Part shown: piece after piece, positions 51,601 to 63,515 of the stretch
How positions within the stretch are numbered: the first letter of the stretch is position 1
Layout of the letters: every line of letters begins with the position of its first letter
Source of the DNA: Botryllus schlosseri
Taxonomy: Eukaryota
NCBI GenBank assembly: GCA_051294905.1
Contig: CM119384.1
Span: 24,738,001-24,802,000 of the forward strand
Length of the DNA: 64,000 bases
Reading direction: 5' to 3'
The notes under the pieces: model-generated
What the model was told of the DNA's origin: nothing
The model's database searches: none
What the model saw: only the letters and a program-made list of their open reading frames with translations
Program-made: the position numbers and the translations under genes

Positions 51601-54600
51601 GTCACCTCCCATCTGCTGTGTCAAAAGATATGGAAATCGCCCAAACGTACTAAACCAAAAGACGTACACGATTTAAAATTGGCATTTCTTTACAAGAAAA
51701 TAATGTTCCCTCGATATGGCATTTGTCTTGCTGTGGGACTCGGATTGTCAAAACAGGAACATTCGGCACCAGCCATTTAGGCGCCTATGGACATGGACAA
51801 TTAACCCTTTGCGACCGGCTGTCCAGTATACTGGACCGCCACTGTTCAACACAGAGGAGTCGTTATTTAATCCAAGATAGCTAGACCTGTATTGGTCATA
51901 AACTGTTACAATCGTTTTATAAGGATAGCTCTTATGAATACGCATACATCGGACCATGTATAATCTATTATATCAATGTATATCCTATTTGAAATAAAGA
52001 TTGAACACGCAAAAACGTTTCCAGCAAAATTGAATTTGTAACGATGTTCGCTTGAATGAACGCCTGAAATGTAAACCATTGTAACTTCCGTTCTAGACGT
52101 CAACCAGTTACAGTTATCTTCCATGACTTGCTGTAGATTATACCATTGTATGAAAGCCCTTATATCGAAGATTAGCACGTGGAAGATGTTTCAAATTGTC
52201 GTGAAGAAAGCAATACCTTGCCACGTAAAAATCATGGCTGCGTAAAAGCACCTGGCTGGTTCCGGTTTCAGACAGATGTATAATTGCTTCAGGCAATTGC
52301 AAATTATACATATAGTTTGCCATTATCCTGGCAAATCCATCAATATCCCTATCGTGGAGCTTAGTTTTGTATAGGGCAACCGACACACGCCCTAAAACTG
52401 AACAAATAAGCGTGCGAGTTGGGCTATCTCGGTAGCCGAGCCTGTAATAACAACATCACATAGAGGCTGCCTATGTCTGTTTTAGATGGCACAGAAAGTT
52501 ATTGTTCAATTCTATGAATAGTGTTGTCGCGCTATAGAAGACAGTTCAAATGGATGTGAAATGAAGCAATACTGTATCGTGTAAAATGAATTCTCAAGCA
52601 CATATGGGCAGTGTCGAACAAGGATAAGCCAATATATGTTCACTTGGATTGCCTTATTGCAGTTACACACAATAACCAACTGAAGCTGAGAACACTTGAA
52701 TAGCAGGTAGATATATAACTTGAGCAATGTCGCCAGGGCAGTGCCTATTATGTATTATGTTACGTAGAACTGGACACGTGCGTTGCCTTCAGCGAGAATA
52801 CGCGATTGCGTAATGATTACTTATCAGCGGCGGCCACGTGAGTCATGCTTATCCTCTCTGTCTTTCCAATATCGTAGTGCTGGGCTATGAAGCGTTATAG
52901 TATCGTGTAATGGCTCGTTGTAACGTAGAGATTCATGCGGAGAACAATCAGGTGGTCATATACCAATAGAAGCCATATGAATGACATCAGGATAAATTGA
53001 AGAACAAAATTCTCTTCCATTTTCAAAAAATTGACAACATTTCCTCGCATAACGCCATTCCCTCTCGCGTCTGAGCCGTGCGAGTGTCTCAGTCCGCCAG
53101 GCGGCTACTTCAGGTTTACGGCAATATATTGGGCGTTGATTTAAGCCCTATGGATCGCATTTTATCGGTATTTTTATGGATGCAGTAAAATTTTGGTCGG
53201 TAGGCCGGCCGATCACAAAGAGTTAAACATATATATATTGAAGTTTTCGGTCAGCATATGGGCAGTCCTTTTCGACCAAGGTTTTCTCGTGGCTGATCGT
53301 TCTGGCGCACTTTTCAGAGTCGCATGTTACATAGCCTATAACTTTTTATGTCATGGTGTGGTAATGGCCGACGCCCAAGTGCCCATTTCTATAAAGTATG
53401 CGTATCTGACATTATTTAATCGCGCGTGGCGTGAAAAAAATTAATGAATTATCCCAAAAAATACACTATGATTTATGGTAATTCACGAAATAATTTTGGG
53501 CCCCCTTCGAGCTCGGTCCCTCCAAATTGGGGGTTTGGGGTGCGGCAGTTACGTTCCGGAGTAAATCTTACGCAATGTTCATGCCACGCGGAGAAGACTA
53601 CTCGTTAATTTCTCGCAGATTAACTTCGAGCTAGCCCATTGTTATTTATAACTTTGGTGAACCATGTTATTTGGGCATTCCCGAAAATTGCGCCATTGAA
53701 ATTATATCAGTATCGCTAACACGTATAAGACCATACGTTAAAAAATCTCTTCCGTGAGGCGTACGTGATTGTAAATTCTCATTTCTTCACGGAGCGTAAT
53801 ATTTACCTTTGCGGGCCACACTTGTACCTCGGTTTCAGACTTCAGTGATAACACTATTTGCCCGTGGCAATGCCCCATCTAATCTGTCACGAGTCTGCGT
53901 GCCAGCGTGGTCCATTGGACAACATTGCGCAACGACTAAAAAATACATCACCTCGAGTTTTTTGTGCGCAGCTTAGATTTTCTGTGCGCAGAGACCGTTT
54001 CAGCACTGCGCATTTGCGCACGTGCGCAGCTTAGAGGGAACATTGGTTGTAACCAAGTCACAAGGCTCCGAGTCACAAGTCATTCTCACTTTTATAGTTT
54101 TGACTCGAGTCAAGTCGAGTCATTTCAATTCACCATCGAGTCAAGTCCGAGTCCAAGTCAGCGAGCAGAGGGTCGAGTCCGAGTCATCGAATTATGACTC
54201 GAGTCCAAGTCATTGTATAGACTGCTAAGTTTCCAGTTGAAGTCTTGGTAAACACACTTTGTATAACTCTGTTTGGTGATATCGAATGTTTCGCATTTAT
54301 AATATACCGTTTTTCCTCACTTTTAGCGAGTTTCTGGTCGCATATTCGAGTGCCAGTACCCATAGACAAAATCCCAATAGTGTGTTGGCTTCGGAATTGC
54401 AATGAAACGTCGGTCTTGGCCGTCTGAGTCTCGAGTCAATGACTTGGATCGAGTCATGCGCAATGACTCGAGTCAAAGTCGAGTCAATACACAGATTGAC
54501 TCGAGTCGAGTCATTCCGTATTTTGAAAAATTGGCTCGAGTCAAATCGAGTCATCAGAAAATCGTGACTCGAGTCATTATAACCCTGATTCAGAGGCCCT

Positions 54601-56079
54601 TTTTTCTGTCACCAGCCAAATGCCTGTGATCTGTCGATTGAGTTTGGGTCAATCACACCCTATATACAAATATTTACATGGGTCGTGTGACAATTCTTGC
54701 TCTCTCTGTATCTCGACTTGTTAAGAATTGGTCAGAAATGATGCCCAATTTCCCAAAGTCCCGTGCGTCACGCATTCTCTTGCTTCTGAAAATATTGAAC
54801 TCTATTTAATGGTCCCGCAATTGTGTGCTGAACAATAGCAGGTTATGTTTGATGTTTCTTTAATCTCTCTAGCTCCCACTAGGGGATCTGAAAATAGCAT
54901 GCGTCACATCTATGCGTCTTGCCGACTCTTCGGTCGGTGAATCAGTATTGGGATGTCGTTATGTTATATGGTGATCAAGTATACCAAAAATTGTATTTGC
55001 ATGCCAAACACACTGCAGAAAGAGCTGGCTATACGCAATATGTATTATTTCTATATTCTCTAAAACTGTTTATTCTGCAGTGAATGTATTTTTATGGTTG
55101 TGTGGTTTACAGCGAATTTCTGGCTAATATCTGAAGCTTTACATCAATTGTCCGGGTGTTTTTATTTGGTAATGTCTGGCGTATTTGCCTAAAAATGTCG
55201 CGAAGAATGTGACTCAAACCAGTGGCTTGTCATGCATCAATATATATACAAGTCTCTGCCTAGAAGCCTACAAAAATACCTGATTACTAAAGGAAAGGTC
55301 TTTGCTTAGCATTTGAAATAAAATAACAAAACGCAAGTCAAGACAGATCTTATAAAATACAGTGTAGTTTTATAGTTGTAGTTTCAAAAGTGTCTTTTCA
55401 TGGACCCATGAAAGTAGTCCTGGGACCCCAGGTTGAGAAGCCCCGTTCTAGGCCAAAATAGGGTGTCTGATTAAAAAATTCTTGAGTCGTTTCGACTATT
55501 TCGTATCGCAATGTTGTGATGTTTTGAAATGATTAAATTATCTAAAAACTGTATTGATCGGAACAGTTTCTTCTCGTTGAACCATTACATTAGCAGACAC
55601 TCTTAGAGACATTCCAATAGTATATTAAACATATCAAAACAGCAAACCAAAATCGGCATTTTTTTTGACTAACAAATGTAAAACAAAAAATAATAGACCT
55701 AGTTATCAGGCTCGCAAACTTCTTGCTTATGGGATTCGAGCAAAAAATTAATGATATGTATACTATTCAATTGTATATTATATCCGCATGTATCATCTTG
55801 CCACTTCACCCGGACATTCTGCTGCTAACCTTTCGCCGAACCGTTACAGAGATGTCCAAGCAGATACTGAATCTCTACAAGGCGTTCGAAGTTCTGCAAA
55901 ATCAAGCCGATAACGACATGCGTCTGCCGACCAGGTCTGGGCACTCGCAACTGGAAGGGCTGACAGAGAGATTACGTTTGCCGGAAGACTACGCGCTGCA
56001 AGAGCTGGCTGCCACGGCTCGCGATCATTTGACTACGCTAGCGTTTAGGGACGTGTCTAGGATAAAGTACGCCGCGTGA
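36372..56079 (+). CDS. NUP98: Nuclear pore complex protein Nup98-Nup96 precursor, Nup96 C-terminal region (10 exons, 5' part not found in window)
   Basis: Exons 36372-36665, 37022-37179, 41197-41337, 42001-42140, 42789-43013, 43074-43137, 46095-46266, 48631-48785, 49723-49840, 55850-56079 are all GT-AG and phase-compatible (1697 nt). Motifs LCRALWGNLK, NLRLALLISQ..LLAGKP, LDWKRCLLMHL, DICYHVMKLYCDR, DPLDMRASW, LETMGLWDYA, WEIAGKVYLDY, LPEDYALQEL match vertebrate Nup96 in order. Confidence 0.95.
37022..37179 (+). CDS. NUP98: Nup96 exon (NLRLALLISQ...LLAGKP)
   Basis: Acceptor gctttcag, donor gtacgt. Confidence 0.92.
38461..39633. mobile_element. hAT-type non-autonomous element, sister of 30794-33430 without the foldback insert
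   Basis: Ends (g)aggcgcgtagccag / ctggctacgcgcctg, flanked by ggtctct on both sides. Near-identical to 30794-31717 plus 33199-33430. Confidence 0.85.
40272..40615. mobile_element. hAT (Charlie/Buster-like) MITE
   Basis: TIR cagtggtttccaac / gttgggaaccactg. Perfect TSD gactaacc. Confidence 0.88.
41197..41337 (+). CDS. NUP98: Nup96 exon (INPFDGLDWKRCLLMHLLF)
   Basis: Acceptor aatttag, donor gtcagc, phase 0/0. Confidence 0.92.
42001..42140 (+). CDS. NUP98: Nup96 exon (APMPLY...DICYHVMKLYCDR)
   Basis: Acceptor ttttccag, donor gtactc. Confidence 0.9.
42789..43013 (+). CDS. NUP98: Nup96 exon (DPLDMRASW...LWDYAAVSLMHV)
   Basis: Acceptor tatcgcag, donor gtacgg. Confidence 0.92.
43074..43137 (+). 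CDS. NUP98: Nup96 exon (EREIYIKNLLSRH)
   Basis: Acceptor ttttcatgtag, donor gtaatt, after a 60-nt intron. Confidence 0.85.
43978..45547. mobile_element. hAT (Charlie/Buster-like) non-autonomous element
   Basis: Perfect 14-bp TIR cagaggtctcaaac. Perfect TSD ctctaaat. Subterminal gcggcccgc arrays. Confidence 0.9.
45790..46065. repeat. CTAGAACTA-family MITE fragment (inverted relative to 1036-1507)
   Basis: gaactagaactag motifs, and gattcacgccaaacg is the reverse complement of cgtttggcgtgaatc at ~1153. Confidence 0.45.
46095..46266 (+). CDS. NUP98: Nup96 exon (AKEDFLTVTLGIPPSWISECKA)
   Basis: Acceptor ttggcag, donor gtgaga. Confidence 0.92.
46489..47352. mobile_element. hAT (Charlie/Buster-like) MITE
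   Basis: TIR caggggtgggcaaac / gtttgcccacccctg. Perfect TSD ctgtagag. Confidence 0.9.
47595..48310. mobile_element. hAT (Charlie/Buster-like) MITE
   Basis: TIR cagggccggccaacc / ggttggccagccctg. TSD ctgtagcc / ctatagcc. Confidence 0.85.
48631..48785 (+). CDS. NUP98: Nup96 exon (DALIDDELPYL...WEIAGKVYLDY)
   Basis: Acceptor cgattcag, donor gttagc. Confidence 0.92.
49723..49840 (+). CDS. NUP98: Nup96 exon (EELKQSITSLCHRI...HRLAKA)
   Basis: Acceptor ctgattcag, donor gtatgg. Confidence 0.9.
50164..50895. mobile_element. Probable Charlie-like MITE with damaged right end
   Basis: Left end caggagtggccaac plus gggccac subterminal repeats at both ends. No TSD found. Confidence 0.4.
51198..54045. 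mobile_element. Non-autonomous hAT element with internal cargo
   Basis: Perfect 15-bp TIR caatgttccctctaa / ttagagggaacattg. Perfect TSD gttgtaac (51190-97, 54046-53). Confidence 0.92.
51354..52727 (-). pseudogene. Decayed ORF of unknown identity inside the hAT element
   Basis: Six >=60-aa ORFs tile the minus strand in two alternating frames (52727, 52386, 52178, 51957, 51669, 51551), and none occur on the plus strand. The core from 52386 to 51354 joins into ~340 aa with three frameshifts and two stops. No transposase motif recognised. Confidence 0.45.
55850..56079 (+). CDS. NUP98: Nup96 terminal exon (EMSKQILNL...LPEDYALQEL...KYAA*)
   Basis: Acceptor ccgttacag, TGA at 56077-56079. Confidence 0.92.
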
Positions 56080-58195
56080 TGATCGATACTATATCTGAAC
56101 GAATGTATGGCGTTGGTCAATAGTATGCTGCAATTGGTTTGATGGAATTTTGTTCAACCTAGGATGGATGTGTGCACCCTCTCGTGAGGTCACTGAGGTC
56201 ACATACTTTAAGTATGACATAACAACTATTGATTTGCCTTGGCTTGCTCAGCGCAGTATCTGCTTTTTTCACAATGGGCGCGTAAACTACGCATTCCTCA
56301 TTACTTTGCAACTGAACGTCTTGAATATCCGCCACGTTTTGATATTTAGGCTACTTCATGTTTGGTATCGCTTATTTTGCAACTGTCTCATTTTTTCTAG
56401 ATTTAGACAATTTTGCTTGGCCACTTGTCGATTAAAATTTTGAGGGCAATATATCTTGGTTTGTAACGAGTTTTGAATTGGCGCTTGAGGACAAAGGTGA
56501 AGAACCACTGGTGAAAGCAATGCGATGGCGGATTAGCACTGAATTTTCATGCAAAATTACGCTGGCAATGACGAGGCGTGTTCAGAAAAACGTTGAATTA
56601 GATTGCGGGTATTTCGCTCTTAATTTAGTCAGAATAGGCATCTAGAATTATCTCGTTGTCCAAGTTTGCTACAAGTCTGCAGCAAAGACCGCGATTGGGA
56701 CACAGGGGAGCGAGAGTGAATGAAGAATGCTGAAATTCTCCGCCCGCACGAATGCGATCAGCAAGGTTTTCCGAACAAAATGCTATCCTAAAAATTGTGA
56801 TGCGCAAGGGCTGATAAGCGACACTGTGTTGTGCCTAATAATAATAATGGCATCGTCACCACGGGCAACGAAAGTTCTAGGCTACTTTTCGTGTATAATT
56901 ATAATTTTGTGGGGATTGAAGCAGGGGCAGCTCTGCATAGCGAAATCCTAAATGCCACAGGCCTTGTAAGAATGCAAATGTACTTTCAGACGTAATAACA
57001 AAACACAACCAATGCTTCTTCTTGATCGCGGTTGTAAAATGTAAAACATCAATATACAAATATTTATTGAATTTCATTGTAAATTCTCTCGTGTTTTTCC
57101 TCCCTGAACTTGTTCCGATAACATCTTCCTGATTACTCATCATTATGGCGTTTTTTTTTTGACATGTCAAAATTGTAGCGTTAGGTCAAAATTTGTCATT
57201 CATTAAGTCAAAAAAATTTTGACGTCTGCATTTCGTTTGCAACGTAGATTTTGCACTGTCGGTGAACTTATCATTTGTTATTTTACAGCTTGTAGCCTAT
57301 TTTATAGGCCTACTGTTGTAAACGGCTAATTGTCTGCTCATTGTGAATCATACACGGTCAAATGAAACAAGTAGGTAAACATGGTGTTATGGTCAACGTA
57401 CCGCAATATCCTAACTGAAGAAAGACTTCTTGCGCATTGCATCATTCTTATATGAAGAAGTGCATGATGAAAAATTGTGATGTCGACAACATCGTCAGAA
57501 TGAGCAACAACTGCTGTTGTTGAACGTCATTGGCAATCTTCTTAGTAAGGACATGCACTTTCTACCATAATACATATTGTAACCAACCACTGGAATTCTT
57601 CATAGGGCCAGATTTCGTTAAAATATTGTTTTTTTGTGTAAAAAGTTGAATTTTTCTAAGCCAAAAACGTTTTTTCAGCCCAAACAACTTCGTTAGGACA
57701 GTCAGTTCCGACCAGAAATGAAGATAATTGGTACAATTTTAACATTATGTGGGAAAACACCTAATTTGCATACGTTAGGTCGAAATTTGGTCAAAATTCA
57801 GTTTTTTTAGGTCAAAAAAAGTCAAAATTTTGATTTTTTAGGTCAAAATTTTCCTTTTTTTAGGTAAAAAAAAACCGCCCTACTCATCATATAATTTAGT
57901 TCGTATTTGGAACGATCTCTAACTAAATTATAAATACCGATGGTTTTCAGCCTTTTAAACGGACTTCCGTCAATATTCAGACGAAAGAACCTATATTGTC
58001 CACTCGCTGTCTCGTGTGAGCAGCATGGTGCGAACCCCAGAAAGGTTCTGGTTCGTGTGAACGCGAACCTTTTTAAAAGGTTCTATGTGATTTTGGACGT
58101 TAACACGAGCCTATGACGTCACTTGACGTCATATTGTTAATTCCAACCCAACATTTCCGTAATTAAAATGTACATCGCGTTTATGTAGCCTACAC

Positions 58196-58460
58196 TAGGG
58201 CTGTTCAAAAATCACTTTTTTTCTGGATTCCAGTCATTCGCTGATTAAACTGTCAGGTTACCCTAAAAAACGTTGCACACCAAATTTGGTTCAATTCGAA
58301 CAAGTATATAAGACTCAGCAGATCCAATAAAATGTATTAGAGAAAATTTAAAAAAAATCCAAATTTTTCTATCAATAACCCCATGAAATTGTTGAGCTGT
58401 CTTCAACGACGATGCAAAATAAATTTGACTCTATTCCAACTAGTAGAAGCGGAGTTGTTC
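58196..58460 (+). repeat. TAGGGCTGTTC-ended transposon terminus (copy 1)
   Basis: Direct homologue of 61811-62060. The end resembles that of the foldback 31718-33190. Partner end not found. Confidence 0.55.
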
Positions 58461-58745
58461 AGAAATTTGGCTCAATTCCAACCAGGCACTGCCTCACCTG
58501 CCTCATTGGACCGCACGTCTCTGGTAAAAGCTTATTGTGTTGGCGGTAAGGGATAATTACTGAGTGCATGGCCGTGCGCGTTTGTAATCATCATTCTTTC
58601 GTGTTCCAGAATTATCGCGTCATGTCACAGCTCAGCCCAGCGACGCATGCCGAGCGCGCGGCAATCGGTATCCTGATTTCGCAATTATGTCAGCGGGAGA
58701 TCGCGTCGTATAACATTGTGCGGGGAGGTTGGAAGGTATACACGC

Positions 58746-59657
58746 CAGTGTTGGGATCAAGTCACTAGCTTCGAGTCACGAGTCACTTCGAGTCATTGCA
58801 CATTTTGACTCGAGTCAAGTCAAGTCAATCGATTTTCGAAGGTGACTCGAGTCAAGTCAAGTTACTCGATATTTGGAGGTGACTCGAGTCAAGTCGAGTC
58901 AAGTCAAGTCGAGTCACGAGTCAAGTCACAATTCAAGTCAAATTGCCTTTTCGAAGTATGAGACATGATTGCGTCATTGCATTTTGTTAGCTGTCTGAAA
59001 TACAGATTGAGTGGTCATTGATTCTGAACACATGAACGCGTTGTATCGCTCACATACACGTAGAACTGTTAAACTACGTACGTAATTGCATAACCTCAGT
59101 TTATTATTACCAGCAAAAATAGAGAAGCGAATTGATAAGATGCAATACATTAACCATTTACCTATTGATATGATATAATTCGAGCCTGCCTAATGGTTGA
59201 GGAAGGTTAGGCCTATATAAACTATATTCGAATTCAATTTCAATAAAACAAGAGGTTTGGCTTAAGGTAAGAACAGATATCAGAAATGGATATTTTTACT
59301 ATTAAATTACTTTACTACTAGTTTACGAAAACGTAAGCTGTAAGCTTCGATAACTTCGTTTGTGGTCAATTTATTTGTGAAAGAACAATGGAGGCTCAGT
59401 AAAACACGCGATCATTGAATGATTGGTCGCTCTCGCGGGTCACACCAACGTTTCGCGAGCAATCCGAACATATGGAAGATACTAGCGACATCGATTGCTT
59501 GATGACTCGAAATTGACTCGTGAATTTTGCTCCGAGTCACGAGTCAATCCACATTTCTGATACGCCGAGTCAAGTCAAGTCAAGTCATTTTATCAGAGTG
59601 ACTCGAGTCAAGTTAAGTCATACGAAAAAGGTGACTCGAGTATGACTCGAGACACTG
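58746..59657. mobile_element. GACTCGAGTC/CAAGT-rich MITE
   Basis: cagtgt...acactg ends, dense gactcgagtcaagtc arrays in both terminal ~200 bp. No TSD match. Confidence 0.65.
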
Positions 59658-60729
59658 GGGTTACCACATATTCGTGACGCAAATCCCGGGCACTCTATAA
59701 CGCCCCCTAGCGCGTTTCAAAATGATGTATGAACACATAACACGTCACATCAGAAATGCCTTGCATATCGGTTTTACACGGGGCCACACGGGTGGATTTT
59801 TTAAACATAGGTCGTCAATAAACTGGATTCTTGAATATTCGGCCATCTCATATTTGAGCTCTGTTGATTCCCCGATCTGCAACAGACTTCTTCACGGGCC
59901 GGATGACATTGTCTGGCCCGCCAGCCGTGTGTTTGACAGCCCTGCTACAATGTTAGGTCGATACAGATATGTGGTTGGGTCTCGTAGACAAGACCGAAAC
60001 AACACTCCCTCCCCTAGCAACACTGGTCTGTGCCCACCATAGGGTGATTGATGCAACTTCTGGTGGGTTTAATATAAACATCTGGTTTTATGTGCATTTG
60101 ATTGTTGAATCTTGTGAATGAATTCTGTCAATATTATTGGTTCTTCCATATATCACTATCATTTTTATCCTCTCTCAGTCCGTGTGGTCAAAGTCATCGG
60201 TATAGAGCTGGCGGGGATCAGAACTTTGAAAATGCTGGCAACATAATTATTATTGCTGTCATGTTCATGTCACATGGATATAAAACTATTTATGATCCGG
60301 ATTGAAGGTACCCACCTGCAGCTTTCAGATACTGTGGTTTCCAACCTTTCATGGTCGCGAATCCATTTCCAATTTGAAAAGGTTCCGTGGCTCACCGCAG
60401 AATTTGGTAAGATGATTAGAGTAGTTCCGAATGCGCTTTAGCGCCGACTAGCGGATTTAAAACTGAGGTATGAGCACATTTTCCGTCAAGATGACCTCAC
60501 AATAGCAAAGCTACCAGAGCTGATCACGATCCGCTCAAGGGGTATGTGGTTGTGTTGTGACCAGGGCCGGAACCACATTTTTTCAGCCTCGATCCTTCCG
60601 CCCAAATATACACTGATCTTGGGCCCACCATATGTCAGCATCTTTACCCGGACTTGCTCACCGCTTATTTCAGAAAATGATTGTGGTAAACATCTTCGAC
60701 AACTCCAGAATAAAAGCAAACGACCCACA

Positions 60730-61645
60730 GGTTCAGAACCACTGTACTTGACTAAAGCATCTAAACGGACTTAACCGAATCTAGAAACATACCGTTCTCC
60801 TATAATTGCGATGACAATGATGATTATTTCAGTAAATGAAGGTTTTTTAAAAATTTATTTCTGATTGCACTTTTTGCGAGGGTTGTGATCCCCAAGTTAA
60901 AAGCAAAACACGCCACACTAAATCGTGCGCAGCGCGAAGAAAAATCTCATGTAGTATAAATCTGCCCAAAAATAAATTTGTTTAACTTGATTTACAAAAA
61001 AGTTAGGAGCCTACTTCAATCCTTCAAAATTCCGGACATTCAGACATATTCTTGAATTTACTCCCGGATGCATGCTAAACAGTGAAATTTTGGACATGTC
61101 TGGGAAATTCCGGACATATGACAACACTGGATTAGACTGATTACTAAACACATGGTCGCCAAACATTTCCAGTGCTCACGGCCTATGTTGGAAGATGAAT
61201 AAGTTCAACATCTTCGCGATTCCCAGAAAAGGGAAAAAGACCTAAGCCCGAAAACCACTATCTTTGACTAAAGCATCCAAACGGCCTTCTCGACACTACG
61301 AATACACCGTTCTCTTAAACTTGAGACCATATATAGTCTTACTACAATAATGAATGACAGTTAAATTAATTTATTTTTTATTGTAGGTTTTGCGAGGATA
61401 TAGGGTACCCATATTAAAATAAATATATGTGACAATAAATCGAGTGTAGCGCGAAGAAAAATTCAAGTAGCACAAATCTTCCCCAAAAAAATATATTGTT
61501 TATGTTTATTTAGGAAAAAATTTCAGCTCCCTTCAAGCATTCAAAATTCCGGAAATTGAAACATATTTCAATATTTCCTCCCGGACGCCGTTTAAACTCT
61601 GAAATTCTGGACATGTCCGGGAAATTCCGAACGTACGGCAATCCT
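60730..61645 (+). repeat. Two diverged ~520-bp tandem units (MITE right halves)
   Basis: gactaaagcatc.aaacgg, agcgcgaagaaaaat and aaattccggaca blocks each recur at a ~515-bp offset. Confidence 0.65.
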
Positions 61646-61810
61646 AATTTATTACCGCAATATAATTCCGAGTTAGGTTATGTATTTTTGTATCACCCTG
61701 TTCTGCAATTTGGGTATGAATAGGCAGTATTTTTGCTAAGAGTGTACGTATGGATGTGTCAAAAACCCAATGAAATGGTCAGCGCCGAAATGACAATGAT
61801 GCATCTGCAG

Positions 61811-62060
61811 TAGGGCTGTTCAAAAATAACTTTTTTTCGGATTCCAGCCATTCACTGATTAAATTGTCAGGTTACCATAAAAAAACGCTGCACACGAAAT
61901 TTGGTTCGATTCTAACAGGTAAAGGACTCCGCAGATTAAATTAAAATTTCTAATTTATTATAGAAAATCAATTCTGCCAACCCCATGAAACTGTTAAGCT
62001 GTCTTCAAAGACGTTGCAAAACAAATTTGAGTCAATTCCGACCAGTAGAAGCGGAGTTAT
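61811..62060 (+). repeat. TAGGGCTGTTC-ended transposon terminus (copy 2)
   Basis: Homologous to 58196-58460. Confidence 0.55.
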
Positions 62061-63065
62061 GTGAGTTTTTCGTTGATAAATCGCGGATTATCCACCGATC
62101 AAGGATAATCCGATGATTTTCATCACGTTCGAGTTTCGTTTGAAAAATAAGTGGACTGAAAATGTTGATAAAAATCCCTAATTCCCGAAATATGTGACTG
62201 GTGTGAATTTTTGAGAGGTGCCTCGCACTTCTAAAAAATGTCTCGTGGACCTAGAAGGATCGCAGACCACTGTGTTACAATGATGTGTAAAATAGTGATG
62301 GATAAAAAATGTTCACAGCTTTGCAGAACTTACCAAGGTTCGTTTGTGAACGCGAACCCACAAATTTCAGAGGTTCACGCACAGAACGCGAACGAATGAC
62401 CGTGAACCTCGCGTTCACATCATCCCTACAATAGATATATATCTCTTGTTTGTTTACGAGTCAGGAAAATGACTTCCGAGGCTACCGATTTCAGGCAGAC
62501 ATGTAAACTCCACACTTTGCGCGATATAAATTTCATTTGCATATAATATGAAGGGGTTTAGGGTTTTGTAAAGTATCGATCGTTTGCCCATCAAATGACG
62601 AAAGACAAACGCGTTTGCGATATCTATTCTGAGCAATATCAAAACGATGCGCAGCTATCACCTTCGTGTGTACCATTTATACGACACCAAATTACTTACA
62701 ACGCCGCCTTGTTACGCCCACCGAAGAGCTGGATCGTCATCTCATACGATTTTTGACAAGGTGACAGACATGTACATGTATCCCTGCAAAACATAATCGT
62801 TGAATCATCTGTAATTATTGTTTGCCTTAACTCGCTAGTACAATAGGGTAAATTCTACAATACTCGGTATCGATTAGGGGCGTAAAAGTGGCGTCATCAA
62901 TGCGAGTTAAATAAACAAAAGTGGGACTTAAAGTGCGTGACACAACCGCCCTAAAAGATGCTTGAGTCCAGCATCAAATCACTATTTGATTACAAATAGG
63001 CAAACTCGTCCTCAGATCTACTACATAAGGTGAAGCATATGTCTTTGTTTTAGTATGATTTTGTA

Positions 63066-63110
63066 TGACGTAATGTGTATCGTGCTGGTGCGATGCCATC
63101 AGTATAAAAG
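63066..63110 (+). promoter_or_regulatory. Candidate core promoter: CRE-like TGACGTAA and TATAAAAG
   Basis: TGACGTAA at 63066-73 and TATAAAAG at 63103-10, 75 nt upstream of an ATG in ccaacATGG context. Confidence 0.5.
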
Positions 63111-63184
63111 GAATGATAATGCACAACGAGATTCATCTTCTGTGATACTCAAATTTAGTGTGGCGCAGGCTTAACAAAACCAAC

Positions 63185-63515
63185 ATGGCTGGAAAATATC
63201 TAAGTATCATGCTAGTGATCAAAATGATTCTTATGGTGGAACCGGCGTTTTTCGGTGACCGTTTCGACTCGAAGCAAGCGCTGCATAAACTACATCTCGA
63301 TATTGACAGAGCCTTCGACATATACGTATGTGTTATCACCTCATCAACGTTAGTTATAGTACTATTATTTGATATTACCATTTCAGATTTCCAAAGAGAT
63401 GATGTGTATGCATCCAAATGGGTGTAAAAGAAACCCATCTCGACTGAGGCTGGATAATTTCCCGCGATGCAGCAGACCAGACGGCCTAAGTGAACGAAAC
63501 CACCTACCTGCAAAC
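63185..63515 (+). CDS. 5' exons of a small secreted-protein gene (possibly IL-17-like, possibly decayed downstream)
   Basis: MAGKYLSIMLVIKMILMVEPAFFG (signal-like), exon 63185-63325, a 61-nt gtatgt..tttcag intron, and in-frame exon 63387-63515 (ISKEMMCMHPNGC..NHLPAN). No clean continuation was found. Confidence 0.5.

Larger units (their letters stand above)
51186..54587. mobile_element. GACTCGAGTC-rich hAT-type MITE split by a 2.85-kb insertion
   Basis: Ends cagggttgtaa / ttataaccctg. Perfect TSD attcagag (51178-85, 54588-95). Confidence 0.85.

Noticed and set aside
56620-57170. Second IL-17-like relic (minus frame ..RCPW*..QPLRITIFRIAFC) or a plus-strand gene
   Set aside because: Motif spacing is wrong, there are several stops on both strands, and no splice signals or promoter support it. 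Consistent with chance.
54090-59650. GACTCGAGTC arrays and other short repeats as a CRISPR array
   Set aside because: No constant-length repeat with unique spacers and no cas genes. The context is eukaryotic and the arrays are MITE subterminal repeats.
60060-60780. Cluster of overlapping 60-80 aa ORFs on both strands
   Set aside because: No consistent strand or frame and no recognisable motif. It may be a TE interior, but the call is unsupported.
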